NCBI GenBank assembly: GCA_963674705.1
Contig: OY771506.1
Coordinates: 2,912,001-2,976,000 of the forward strand
Length of the DNA stretch: 64,000 nt
Source of the DNA: Phycisphaeraceae bacterium
GTDB taxonomy: Bacteria > Planctomycetota > Phycisphaerae > Phycisphaerales > Phycisphaeraceae
Direction of reading: 5' to 3'
This document shows, one piece after another, positions 48,341 through 59,123 of this stretch. The position numbers and the translations under genes are program-made. The notes under the pieces were generated by a model, which had not been told where the DNA came from, did not search any database, and worked only from the letters and a program-made list of their open reading frames with translations. Numbering within the stretch: the stretch's first letter is position 1; every line of letters starts with the position of its first letter.

Positions 48341-48425
48341 CTCTATTTATCTCCAGGTTTATTGTTTAGGATTGTTTTATTCTTTTTATGTGATGAATCA
48401 CAGGGGAAACACTTCCGGGGGGGGA

Positions 48426-50108
<1,683 letters not shown>

Positions 50109-50238
50109 TTATCTCCAAAGTATTAAAGGTTGCCACTGGTTGTCTCGATCAACTTTCCCCGAGCCGCGAGAGCCTGGTCGCTATCACGGCTGCACCGCAA
50201 CACAGGCCTGAACCCATCGCGCGGTTGGCCTTACTGTA

Positions 50239-50255
50239 CGCAAGTCACGTACCGG
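50239..50255 (-). promoter_or_regulatory. Putative sigma54 (-24/-12) promoter of the chaperone operon
   Basis: Minus strand CCGGTACGTGACTTGCG = GG-N10-GC, close to TGGCACG-N4-TTGC. Confidence 0.6.
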
Positions 50256-50361
50256 TCTGCCAGAATGTGCCATTTGGGAATTTTAGATTATAAGATGTTT
50301 ATTAACAGATAATTGTATTCATTATGACGTGTTTGGCTTTCAGCATGATCTCCCACGCACG

Positions 50362-50376
50362 CTGTCAACGTGACAG
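50362..50376. promoter_or_regulatory. Palindromic operator/enhancer candidate
   Basis: CTGTCA-ACG-TGACAG, about 110 nt upstream of the sigma54-like site; extra TGACAG half-site at 50394. Confidence 0.5.
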
Positions 50377-50592
50377 TCCGCGGTCCGCACGCATGACAGT
50401 TTCGCCGGGATGTGGGTGGTCGATGAGCTTAAGGAATCTGAAAAAGGAGTAGATGGTTTTGTGTAAGTTATTGCTAATTCAATGATTTAGGGGTTGGATG
50501 TCGCCGTTTGCGTTGGTATATTGTCCGAAAATGATCAGGCGTCACCTGGTCATATGGGTGGATTTCACAAACATACTTGGAGGCGGGGAAGA

Positions 50593-51384
50593 ATGATCGT
50601 ATTCGGTAAGCAGTTTGTTGGCGTGGTTGCGACCGCATTAGTGATTGGTTGGTCTGCCTTAGCGTCGGCTGGGATTATTACCATCACCGAGCGAGAAAGC
50701 AGGGGGAACCTCAGTCTATTTGCAGGTTCCGGTGGCGCGGTTGACCAATATGCAAACGAAGATGTGAAAGCTGATTTAACCGGGGCTTTTGGCTTCGGCG
50801 ATTCCTGGGATGTTGCGATTGATGAAAGCCAGCCGTATTCGCTAGGCACTGCCGGTGCTATTGGTTCGATCAGCGTCAGTGACAACGTTACTCAAGTTTC
50901 ACCGGGTACGCTCGTGCTGACAGCGACGCGTTCAGCCAGTGGGGCGGCGTCCGTCATCAGCGGCGCCAGCAACGCCAGTTCCACACAGGGCCAGACCTTC
51001 CGCGTGCGATTTACCACCGGCGCAGATCCGGTTAACTACACGCTCACAGGTGACTTCGATCCGGGTGCCATTACTGGCGTCATCGGTGATGCTCGCACGA
51101 TCAGTCTTCGCCGGCCGTTCACTGCCAACCATCCTGTCCTGATCGAAACCGCGATGTCCGGCATTTACGAAACCGGCACACTGCCTGCGAACCAGACATG
51201 GGAATTTTTTGTGAAGATGACGGATATGACTATCGCTAACGCCGGCAGCCCTTATGCAGCCGATTCAAGCAGCCTTGATATCACACTCACACTCACATCG
51301 GTGCCCGAGCCTGCGTCCGTGTGCCTTCTGGCAGGCTCTTCATGGGTATTGTTAACCCGTAAGCCGCGACGGCCCGTGAAGTGA
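50593..51384 (+). CDS. PEP-CTERM exported protein
   Basis: Signal peptide, S/T/G-rich body, VPEPASVCLLAG..RKPRR. Confidence 0.85.
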   Translation: MIVFGKQFVGVVATALVIGWSALASAGIITITERESRGNLSLFAGSGGAVDQYANEDVKADLTGAFGFGDSWDVAIDESQPYSLGTAGAIGSISVSDNVTQVSPGTLVLTATRSASGAASVISGASNASSTQGQTFRVRFTTGADPVNYTLTGDFDPGAITGVIGDARTISLRRPFTANHPVLIETAMSGIYETGTLPANQTWEFFVKMTDMTIANAGSPYAADSSSLDITLTLTSVPEPASVCLLAGSSWVLLTRKPRRPVK

Positions 51385-51427
51385 TGAATTTGTTGATGTA
51401 GGATTCGATTGTGTGTGATGGGTTTCA

Positions 51428-51826
51428 TCAGCCGGTCTCGGCCATCCGATCACCATGTAGTAGCCAATGAATCGCCTCTTGCTCATCCGTAAACAATCTG
51501 AAGTTATAGGCTGAGTTCTGCATGACGGTTTCGAAGAAGTTGAACGAGGTATCGCCGGGATCCCGGAGCATTGCGATACGCCAATCACGTGTCAGGCCTA
51601 GTGCTGCGGCTTTGGTATAGGCAAACTCGTACTTCTCGGTGACACTCACATTGCTCGTTGTGCCGCGGAAGTCGATCAGGCAGGCTTTGATGTTGTGCTC
51701 TGTGCCTAACGCCACGCATGCTTTGGTGATCTGGGCGGCGACCTCCGGCGTTGTCTTGACGCTCAGGTTGCGGAAGTAGACATATTTGCCATCGGGCGAT
51801 GTGCCTTTTTCAAAGGGCTCGAACAT
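51428..51826 (-). CDS. Hypothetical STAS/SpoIIAA-like protein
   Basis: AAGGAG SD; LIDFR, RIAML, FFETV..N..RLFTDEQEAIHWL. Confidence 0.7.
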   Translation of the reverse strand: MFEPFEKGTSPDGKYVYFRNLSVKTTPEVAAQITKACVALGTEHNIKACLIDFRGTTSNVSVTEKYEFAYTKAAALGLTRDWRIAMLRDPGDTSFNFFETVMQNSAYNFRLFTDEQEAIHWLLHGDRMAETG

Positions 51827-52460
51827 CTTACGGCTCCTTCCTGAAGTTGAGCCTCTGTGTAAGTACACTAGAGGTGTCAAACAACTGCGTTTGCAGCATG
51901 TCTGACTGTTCCACGCCACGCCGGCCCTAATAGTAAAGCCAAATGGCGTGGTAGGTATCGGGGTTTAAAACACATGCACCAGCCAACGTCACAGCCTTCG
52001 TTGTGAAGGTTGGAGGAGGACTACATGGCTGATGTTCTTTGACAGGCCGCACTGAAACTAAATAGCCTGTGCATCACGATGCCCTTGTTAAAAAAAATGC
52101 ATTGCGCATTGTAGGCATCGTGTTTGCCGCCGGGGCCCGATCATACGTGCTGAGTAACAAGCGGCGTGGGCGACTCACGCGGGGTACAGATATTGCTTGT
52201 TTGGATTGCACGTAAGTACGGCCGCAGCCGTTCGGGGGCGATCAGTATAGTTATTAGTGCTTAGCAGGCAAGTGGGTATTTTAAAATCTTGCTTAGGCCA
52301 TAAGGTGATGTGGGATGTAAGTTATTTGTAGATCAGATACTTGCCGGGATTGTTGCCTTTCTCAGAATTAACAAATCATTTTCCGCAAAGCTGTCCTATT
52401 GATAGTTCATCCACCATGACAAGCAGATTCTGGGCATAATGGGTGTGATCGGGAGGCCTT

Positions 52461-53054
52461 ATGCCCATCGGCTATGACTACAAGTGCAAGAAGTGTGGCA
52501 GCGAAAGTTGTGTGGAATGCTATCACCTGTCATTCAAATTTGATGGGCGCGATATCTTTTTGCCGCACACGACCGAATCGACAGTTCTGAAAAAGTACGA
52601 CTACACGCAGTTGCAGGCCGAGATGGAAGGGCGCTTGTTTCGCAATGAAGCCTATGCGTGTGATGCATGCAAACGGTTGTTCTTCATGCCGAGTCTGGAA
52701 TTGCCGAAGGACATGCCACCCAGTCGAAAATCGAATGTGATTTTTGGCATTATTATTTTTCCCGTGATCGGCTATATGACTTTTTGTAACTATGGAACCT
52801 TGCTAACGCTGGGGATCTGCTTGCCGATCGTTATCGCCTATGTCTTGATTGTTTCAAAGCTCGAAAAGCGGCGGCTTCATCGGCGGCTCATCGCTGAGCA
52901 CAGCCCGCCTGAAATTAATCATTGCCCGCATTGCGGATCGGATAAGATCGCACGGCTATCAAGTTTGCATCTGGATGAAGGGGATGCTTTCCCGGATAAG
53001 TGCTCGGAGTGTGGCGGGCATGAACTGGTGATTACTGGCGAATGGTTTTCCTGA
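52461..53054 (+). CDS. Hypothetical zinc-ribbon membrane protein
   Basis: GGAGG SD; CKKC, CVEC, CDAC, CPHC, CSEC around two TMs. Confidence 0.75.
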   Translation: MPIGYDYKCKKCGSESCVECYHLSFKFDGRDIFLPHTTESTVLKKYDYTQLQAEMEGRLFRNEAYACDACKRLFFMPSLELPKDMPPSRKSNVIFGIIIFPVIGYMTFCNYGTLLTLGICLPIVIAYVLIVSKLEKRRLHRRLIAEHSPPEINHCPHCGSDKIARLSSLHLDEGDAFPDKCSECGGHELVITGEWFS

Positions 53055-53062
53055 TTCACTTC

Positions 53063-53093
53063 AAATAAAAACCGCGGCGATTTGCCGCGGCTC
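53063..53093 (-). terminator. Intrinsic terminator after thiG
   Basis: GCCGCGGC-AAATC-GCCGCGGT followed by T-rich tail on the minus strand. Confidence 0.75.
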
Positions 53094-53122
53094 GTGAGTT
53101 GACGGTTTGGCTTGCGGGAAGC

Positions 53123-53992
53123 TTATTCACCAGGGATATAGCTGATTACGCCGGACCACGGGCTGCTGGCGGTGGCGTAGAGCTTCTTGGGGATGCGGCC
53201 GGACAGGTATGAGAGTCGACCGGCTTCTAGGGCGTGGCGCATCGCGTGGGCCATGCGGACGGCATCCTTGGCGTGGGCGATGCCTGTATTCAACAGCACC
53301 GCATCGGCGCCGAGTTCCATCGCCTGGGTGACATCGCTTGCAGCGCCGACGCCGGCATCGAGGATGACTGGGTAGTCCGGGTCGCCATCCTTCAGCAGTT
53401 CGAGGATGATGCGGATCGCATTGGGATTGAGCACACCTTGACCCGAGCCGATCGGCGAGCCGGCGGGCATCACGCTGGATGCGCCGGCCTCCTTGATTTT
53501 CACCGCCATGACCGGATCATCCGAGGTGTAGCAGAGCACCTTGAAGCCGTCCTTGACCAGTTCCTTGCAGGCCTCGAGCGTGCCGACGGGGTCAGGCAGC
53601 AGCGTCTTCTTGTCCGCCAGGACTTCGAGTTTGACCCAGTCTTTGCCGGGATTATCGAGCTGGTCGAGGATCTCCCGGCCGAGTCGAGCCACGCGCACCG
53701 CATCTTCAGCGGTGAAGCAGCCAGCGGTGTTGGGCAGGATCGTGTATCGGGACGTGTCAATGAAGTCCAGCAGCGACTCGCCTTTCTCGTTGACGAGCCG
53801 TTCACGACGGACAGCTACGGTGACCGCCTGGGTGCCGCTGGCGTCAAGCGCCTGCTGCATCGTGGGGTAGTCAGCATACTTGCCGGTGCCGACGATCAAG
53901 CGTGAACTGAGCGTTCGGCCGGCAACCTGGAAGGGGGAGTCAAGTGCTTCAACGGTATCGGTGGGAGGATTCATTTTTGGTGGTGTATTCAA
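53123..53992 (-). CDS. thiG: Thiazole synthase ThiG
   Basis: [40 protein letters not shown]; start 53992 or 53974. Confidence 0.97.
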   Translation of the reverse strand: MNTPPKMNPPTDTVEALDSPFQVAGRTLSSRLIVGTGKYADYPTMQQALDASGTQAVTVAVRRERLVNEKGESLLDFIDTSRYTILPNTAGCFTAEDAVRVARLGREILDQLDNPGKDWVKLEVLADKKTLLPDPVGTLEACKELVKDGFKVLCYTSDDPVMAVKIKEAGASSVMPAGSPIGSGQGVLNPNAIRIILELLKDGDPDYPVILDAGVGAASDVTQAMELGADAVLLNTGIAHAKDAVRMAHAMRHALEAGRLSYLSGRIPKKLYATASSPWSGVISYIPGE

Positions 53993-54008
53993 GTTAGTGG
54001 TTGGTTAC

Positions 54009-54062
54009 TTAGCCCCACGTCGACGACGTGGGGCCTGCCCCGAGTCGTCAACTCGGGGCTAA
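54009..54062. repeat. REP-like inverted doublet between thiS and thiG
   Basis: TTAGCCCCACGTCGACGACGTGGGG and reverse complement TTAGCCCCGAGTTGACGACTCGGGG. Confidence 0.8.
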
Positions 54063-54075
54063 ATACAATTATGGT

Positions 54076-54279
54076 TCATCCACCTCCGACCAGCGTCACC
54101 AGTTCGATGGTGTCGCCGTCTTTGAGGGGGGTATCGCCATGCAGCCGTTTGGGGATCACCTCGCGGTTGACCTCCACGGCCACGGCCTGCTTCTCCAGGC
54201 CCATCATTACCAGCAGTTCGAGGACGGTCGTTGCCTCGGTTTGCTTCAATTCGCCGTTAACAGTGAGATTCCGGGTCAT
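54076..54279 (-). CDS. thiS: Sulfur carrier ThiS
   Basis: VAVEVNREVIP, DGDTIELVTLVGGG. Confidence 0.95.
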   Translation of the reverse strand: MTRNLTVNGELKQTEATTVLELLVMMGLEKQAVAVEVNREVIPKRLHGDTPLKDGDTIELVTLVGGG

Positions 54280-54357
54280 AACTGCAATAAAGTGTACTGT
54301 ACTTGGGTGTTCTCATAAAAGAGACCAGCAACTGATCTGGTGTACATGATCCTAGGC

Positions 54358-54978
54358 ATGGCGGACAAGATGATGCAAAAATGGATGTTATTGTTTTTGA
54401 TGATTTTTGGTTTGGGGCTGGTGGGTTGCGATCAGCAGACTGCCGCGACCAATACGAATGAATCTGCTGTAACTGAGCAAAAGCCGGCTCCGGATGGTGG
54501 CGACTCTATGGCAGAGCCGGTCGATCATCTGCAAATTATTGATGCAGAGGGCATTAAAGCAATTGTCGCTGAGACGGCGGCTCAGGATAAGGTGCTGGTG
54601 ATCGACTTCTGGGCGACCTGGTGTGTGCCTTGCGTGCAGATGTTCCCGGGGATTCACGAGGGCTTGGTTGCTCGGGGGGAGAAGGTCCGAGCGGTGTCCG
54701 TCACGCTGGACGACCCCAGCCGGGAGGCCGCTGCCATCAAATTCCTGGCAAAACATGACGCATTGCATGATGCCTACATCATCAAGAACGATTCGGACGC
54801 CCAGCAGGAGCTGGTCGAGAAGATCGGAAAGAGGTGGGACTCACTGGTCGTCCCGGCGATCTTGGTTTACGATGCTAAGGGTAATCTGGTCGGTGAATTC
54901 CTGGAAGGAGGAATGACCGACGCGATACTCGAACAGGTAGATGACCTGCTCGCATCAGGCCAGGAACCGCAATCATGA
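54358..54978 (+). CDS. TlpA-like thioredoxin lipoprotein
   Basis: LVGC lipobox; IDFWATWCVPC; start uncertain. Confidence 0.88.
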   Translation: MADKMMQKWMLLFLMIFGLGLVGCDQQTAATNTNESAVTEQKPAPDGGDSMAEPVDHLQIIDAEGIKAIVAETAAQDKVLVIDFWATWCVPCVQMFPGIHEGLVARGEKVRAVSVTLDDPSREAAAIKFLAKHDALHDAYIIKNDSDAQQELVEKIGKRWDSLVVPAILVYDAKGNLVGEFLEGGMTDAILEQVDDLLASGQEPQS

Positions 54979-55691
54979 AAATGACTGAAGAGGTCACAAG
55001 CCCGCTCTATGACTTGTGGTCGAAGTTTTATGACTACACGTTTGGTGCGTTAGTGCATCAACGCCAGATCAAAGCCGTGCAACAGCTCAAGCCTAAGCCC
55101 GGCGAAACCATTCTGGATCTCGGTGTCGGCACAGGCATGACACTGAAGTATTACCCGCGCGATATCAATGTTGTGGGGATGGACCTCTCCGAGGGGATGC
55201 TTTCCAAGGCCGCCAAAAAAATCGAATCCGAAGGCTTGAAAAACTGCTTCCTGATACAGGGCGACGCGATGAACCCGCCTTTTGCGGAAAACAGTTTTGA
55301 CCATGTGATGATTACACATGTCGTGACTGTCGTCAGTGACCCGGCCAAACTCATGGCCTGGGCGAGGCGGATGGTTAAGCCCGGCGGGCGTATCGTCGTG
55401 CTGAATCATTTTTTGAGCACCAATCCCTTCATCGCCTGGTGGGAGCGTGTGACCAACCCGATCTTTGTGAAAATCGGCTGGCGCAGCGACCTGTCCCTGG
55501 AGGATTGTTTGAAAGACAGCGGCTTGACTGTGCAATACAACTTTAAACTCGCCCGGCTGGACCTCTGGCAGATCGTTGTACTGGGTGAGGAGGGTAACCA
55601 GCAGGGCAAGCCTTTTCAGCCCAGAACCGACGATGTTGTGACCGATGACGGACCCGCAGGCAAAAGCCATACGGCGCTGGCGATAGACTGA
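54975..55691 (+). CDS. Class I SAM methyltransferase (PmtA-like)
   Basis: ILDLGVGTG, GMDLSEGML, VVSDP..RMVKPGGRIVVLNHF. Confidence 0.85.
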   Translation: MKMTEEVTSPLYDLWSKFYDYTFGALVHQRQIKAVQQLKPKPGETILDLGVGTGMTLKYYPRDINVVGMDLSEGMLSKAAKKIESEGLKNCFLIQGDAMNPPFAENSFDHVMITHVVTVVSDPAKLMAWARRMVKPGGRIVVLNHFLSTNPFIAWWERVTNPIFVKIGWRSDLSLEDCLKDSGLTVQYNFKLARLDLWQIVVLGEEGNQQGKPFQPRTDDVVTDDGPAGKSHTALAID

Positions 55692-55800
55692 TTGTTGTCA
55701 CGTTTCAACTGCTTGTGAATCCAGATGATCCAGTGGTTTCTTGCCGCTGTCAGCACCTCGACGTATATTCGCGGCAACCTCGATTGGGGAGTGTGACCTT

Positions 55801-58800
55801 ATGGATCAACGCACGGATCGCGTCTTGGGTGACTACGCCCCGCGAGTCAGAAAAACACATCGTTACTTGCAGGCCCTATGCGCTTGTATCTGCGTGCTGC
55901 TGTTAGGCGGCATGTTCATGCAATCGACGGTACACGCAGCCGACGGGGATGTGTCTACCGCTATCAGCAATCCTATTGCTGACCCTATCGTTCATGGGGA
56001 GGCTGTATTCTTCGCCCGCAAGGTTTCGGCCTGGAAACAAGGCGATGAACAGTGGCTGTTACTTGAAGGCGATGCCGGTTTCTCGATCGGCGTGTATGGT
56101 TTCCGAGCGGACAACGCCGTAGTTCGTGTCGTGACCGATCCACAGCCAGGTCGGACGATCCGTCACCTTTCAGTTTATCTGGATAACGCCAAGCACCTGC
56201 GCGGCACGGGCCCCGTTTCCGCTGAGGCCAAGCGCCTGCTTGTCACCGCTTCAACCACAGGCAAGCTTCAGGTTCAAAACGACCTGTTCGTCGAGTTGGA
56301 TCAGCAACCCCGATCCGAACTGATCACGGATGCCCTCGCTCGGATGCAGCGCTACGAGCAGGCGCTGGCCCGTGTCACGATCGAGCCGCCGACCGAGCCG
56401 CTATACGATCCGCAGATGTTCGGCCCACGCTACGCGGCCAAATACACCCCCAGCGAAGACCGTCCCGTCGAACGCAAACCCGTCGAAGTCCATCCTGTAG
56501 ATACTGTAGCGACAGGCACGGCTGTCGCGAACGAAGCCAGCAATCTTCCTCAACCGGTCGCAACCCGCGCGCCTGAGCCGGATAAGGGCACCGTACTGCC
56601 GACGCAAGGCACGGTTCTGTTGAATGCGGACCGTGTGGTGTATGACCCGGGCGAAGATGAATCGAGCATCATGCTCATCGGCAACGTACGTGTGTTCTAC
56701 GACGACTTCAAAAACGACCGACAGGTGTCCTTGCGATCCGAACGTGTTGTTGTTTTCGTCGACAAAAAACAAGACGGCGCAGCCATCGCACCCGCTTCGG
56801 TTCAAGCAGATACGGTTCGAGGTATCTACCTCGAAGATAACGTCATCGTGGCCGATCGGGACTTTACGGTCAGGGCCCCGCGTGTGTATTACGACGTGCG
56901 TGAGAACAAGGCGATCCTGCTCGATGCTGTGATCTACAGCTACGACGCCTTGCGACAACTGCCGCTATACATGCGTGCCGAGACCATCCGTCAGACCTCG
57001 GCCACCAGCTTCAACGCTCAGAACGTGCAACTGACGACCAGCGAATTCGCCGAGCCACACTTCGCCATCGGCGCCGCTCGATTGACGCTCGACAAGGAAG
57101 ATGTCGAGTCCGCTAATGATACGTACAAGTTCACCGCGTCTGATACGACCTTGCGTGTCCGGGATACGCCGTTCTTCTACTGGCCGTACTTGGAAGGCAA
57201 GCCGACAGAGGTGCCGATCAAGCGTGTCAAGACCGGCTACGACAGCGATACAGGCTTCGAACTGGAAACGGTCTGGGATGTCTTCGCCCTGGCGGGTCGT
57301 GAAGCGCCGGACGGTGTGAGGCTATTGGGTAAAGCGGACTGGCGGGGGGATCACGGCCCGGCCGTCGGGGCCGACCTTGAGTACGGCCTGGAAAACATGT
57401 TCGGCCATGCCGAGACTTACCTGCTGCTTAACGACAACGGCACCGATACCGTCGGCGGACGGCGTGACATCGAACAAGACTCCGAAACTCGCGGCTACTA
57501 CCTGTGGCAACACCGCCATTACCTGCCCAACGGCTCCGAACTGTCGCTGGAAAGCGCGTATGTCTCTGATGAAACCTTCCTCGAAGAGTTTTTCCGGGAC
57601 GAGGCCTACCAGTCCAAGCCATACGAGACCTCGCTCTACTGGAAGAAGCAGAGCGAAGACCAGGCGCTGACATTCCTCACCCGTTACGACCTGACGGACT
57701 TCACGCCGCAACTGGCCCCGCTTCAAACGCCCGGCTACACGGTCGACAAGGCCCCGGAAGTCAGCTACTTCCGCACGGGAACGAGCCTCTGGGATGACAA
57801 GCTGACCTGGTTCAGCGAAAACCGCGCAGGATTCGTCCGGATCAGGCCGGGTGAAGACACGCCATTTGATCGCGGTTTCAGTAATCGGGCTTCGATGACT
57901 TTGTTCGGCATCCCCAACACAACCGCGTTTGATGATGCGGTGTTCGCAACGGGTGTACCGGACGAGTGGGTTTTCCGCGTGGATTCACGGCAGGAAGTCA
58001 ACATGCCGATCGAGGCTGGCGACTTCACGATCGTGCCTTACGCGGTCGGCCGGGTCACTGCTTACGACGAAGACTTCTCCGCCTATGCCGGTGAGGCCGA
58101 CCAGTACCGCCTCTGGGGTTCGCTGGGCACGCGCGTTTCTACGCAACTCAGCAGGACGTTTGATACCCAAAACGGAATGCTTGATGTCGACGGCATCCGC
58201 CACATTGTTGAGCCCAGCGTCGATGTATTCGTCTCCGGCTCAAGCCTCGATTCCGAAGATATTCCGGTGTATGACTACGATGTCGAATCGCTCCAGGAAG
58301 GGGAGGGCCTCCGGCTGGGCCTGACCAACACGTTCCAGACCCACCGCGGCAGCGGCGCCCAACGGCGTGCGGTCGACTGGATCGTCTGGCGGACAGACCT
58401 GGTCTTCAATAATTCCGATGCCGATGTGGATGATGAAATCGCTCGTTTCTTCGATTACCGCCCCGAGTACAGCACCGGTGGCGATCACCTGTACACCGAA
58501 CTGCTCTGGATGGTCACAGATACATTTGGCATCACCGGTGAGTTAACCCACAGCATGGAACACGACCGCATCGTGCAGTGGCGTGTCGGCGGGTCCCTGC
58601 AACACACGCCGCGTTTTACCTCATTCGTCCGCTATGACGAGATCGATCTGCTGGACAGCAGGCTGCTGTCCTTCGGCTTCACATACGTCCTGACAGTCAA
58701 GTACCAGATGGGCTTCCGGCAGAGGCTCGATTTTGAACGGGATGAGTCCCAGTCGGTCGACGTCTGGCTCGAACGCCGAGTACCCAAGTGGCGTATCCGC

Positions 58801-58899
58801 CTGACCGCCAGCGTCGACGAGATCGACAATGCCCAGGCCATCGGCATCGTCCTGATCCCCGAAGGCTTCGGTGGCGGGATCAACCCCCTGATGCAGTAA
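55801..58899 (+). CDS. lptD: LPS-assembly protein LptD-like
   Basis: OstA-like N-terminal part, TPFFYWPY, SDETFLEEFF, IRHIVEP, beta-barrel C-half; start uncertain. Confidence 0.7.
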   Translation: MDQRTDRVLGDYAPRVRKTHRYLQALCACICVLLLGGMFMQSTVHAADGDVSTAISNPIADPIVHGEAVFFARKVSAWKQGDEQWLLLEGDAGFSIGVYGFRADNAVVRVVTDPQPGRTIRHLSVYLDNAKHLRGTGPVSAEAKRLLVTASTTGKLQVQNDLFVELDQQPRSELITDALARMQRYEQALARVTIEPPTEPLYDPQMFGPRYAAKYTPSEDRPVERKPVEVHPVDTVATGTAVANEASNLPQPVATRAPEPDKGTVLPTQGTVLLNADRVVYDPGEDESSIMLIGNVRVFYDDFKNDRQVSLRSERVVVFVDKKQDGAAIAPASVQADTVRGIYLEDNVIVADRDFTVRAPRVYYDVRENKAILLDAVIYSYDALRQLPLYMRAETIRQTSATSFNAQNVQLTTSEFAEPHFAIGAARLTLDKEDVESANDTYKFTASDTTLRVRDTPFFYWPYLEGKPTEVPIKRVKTGYDSDTGFELETVWDVFALAGREAPDGVRLLGKADWRGDHGPAVGADLEYGLENMFGHAETYLLLNDNGTDTVGGRRDIEQDSETRGYYLWQHRHYLPNGSELSLESAYVSDETFLEEFFRDEAYQSKPYETSLYWKKQSEDQALTFLTRYDLTDFTPQLAPLQTPGYTVDKAPEVSYFRTGTSLWDDKLTWFSENRAGFVRIRPGEDTPFDRGFSNRASMTLFGIPNTTAFDDAVFATGVPDEWVFRVDSRQEVNMPIEAGDFTIVPYAVGRVTAYDEDFSAYAGEADQYRLWGSLGTRVSTQLSRTFDTQNGMLDVDGIRHIVEPSVDVFVSGSSLDSEDIPVYDYDVESLQEGEGLRLGLTNTFQTHRGSGAQRRAVDWIVWRTDLVFNNSDADVDDEIARFFDYRPEYSTGGDHLYTELLWMVTDTFGITGELTHSMEHDRIVQWRVGGSLQHTPRFTSFVRYDEIDLLDSRLLSFGFTYVLTVKYQMGFRQRLDFERDESQSVDVWLERRVPKWRIRLTASVDEIDNAQAIGIVLIPEGFGGGINPLMQ

Positions 58900-59056
58900 A
58901 AAAGCAGGAAAAATTGAAAAGCAGGAAAGCTGGAAAGCAGAAAAGCAGCAGATTAAGAACTTTTGGTTCTATGGCCGGCCCAATGGGCAGCCAAACCCGG
59001 GATCATCCATGTTTTCTGCTTTTCTGCTTTCCTGTTTTTCTGCTTTCCTCTCCCCC
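58899..59056. repeat. Gene-less inverted arm pair of 8-mer periodic type
   Basis: (GAAAGCAG)n at about 58900-58950 facing (CTGCTTTY)n at about 59012-59048. Confidence 0.85.
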
Positions 59057-59123
59057 TGTATACTGATCGGCTTGCAATTGTTCCCCGGATTCCCGTATCG
59101 AATCCAACACGGAGACCCTCACG

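Noticed and set aside
51905..51965. Resemblance to the 3' half of a c-di-GMP-I riboswitch (CCGGCCCTAA..GGTAGGTATCGGGGTT)
   Set aside because: The 5' GGCAAA/GNRA/ACGCAAAG elements are missing and no gene lies directly downstream; needs an Infernal scan
54280..54357. TPP riboswitch upstream of thiS
   Set aside because: Spacer too short and no CTGAGA or ACCTG motifs
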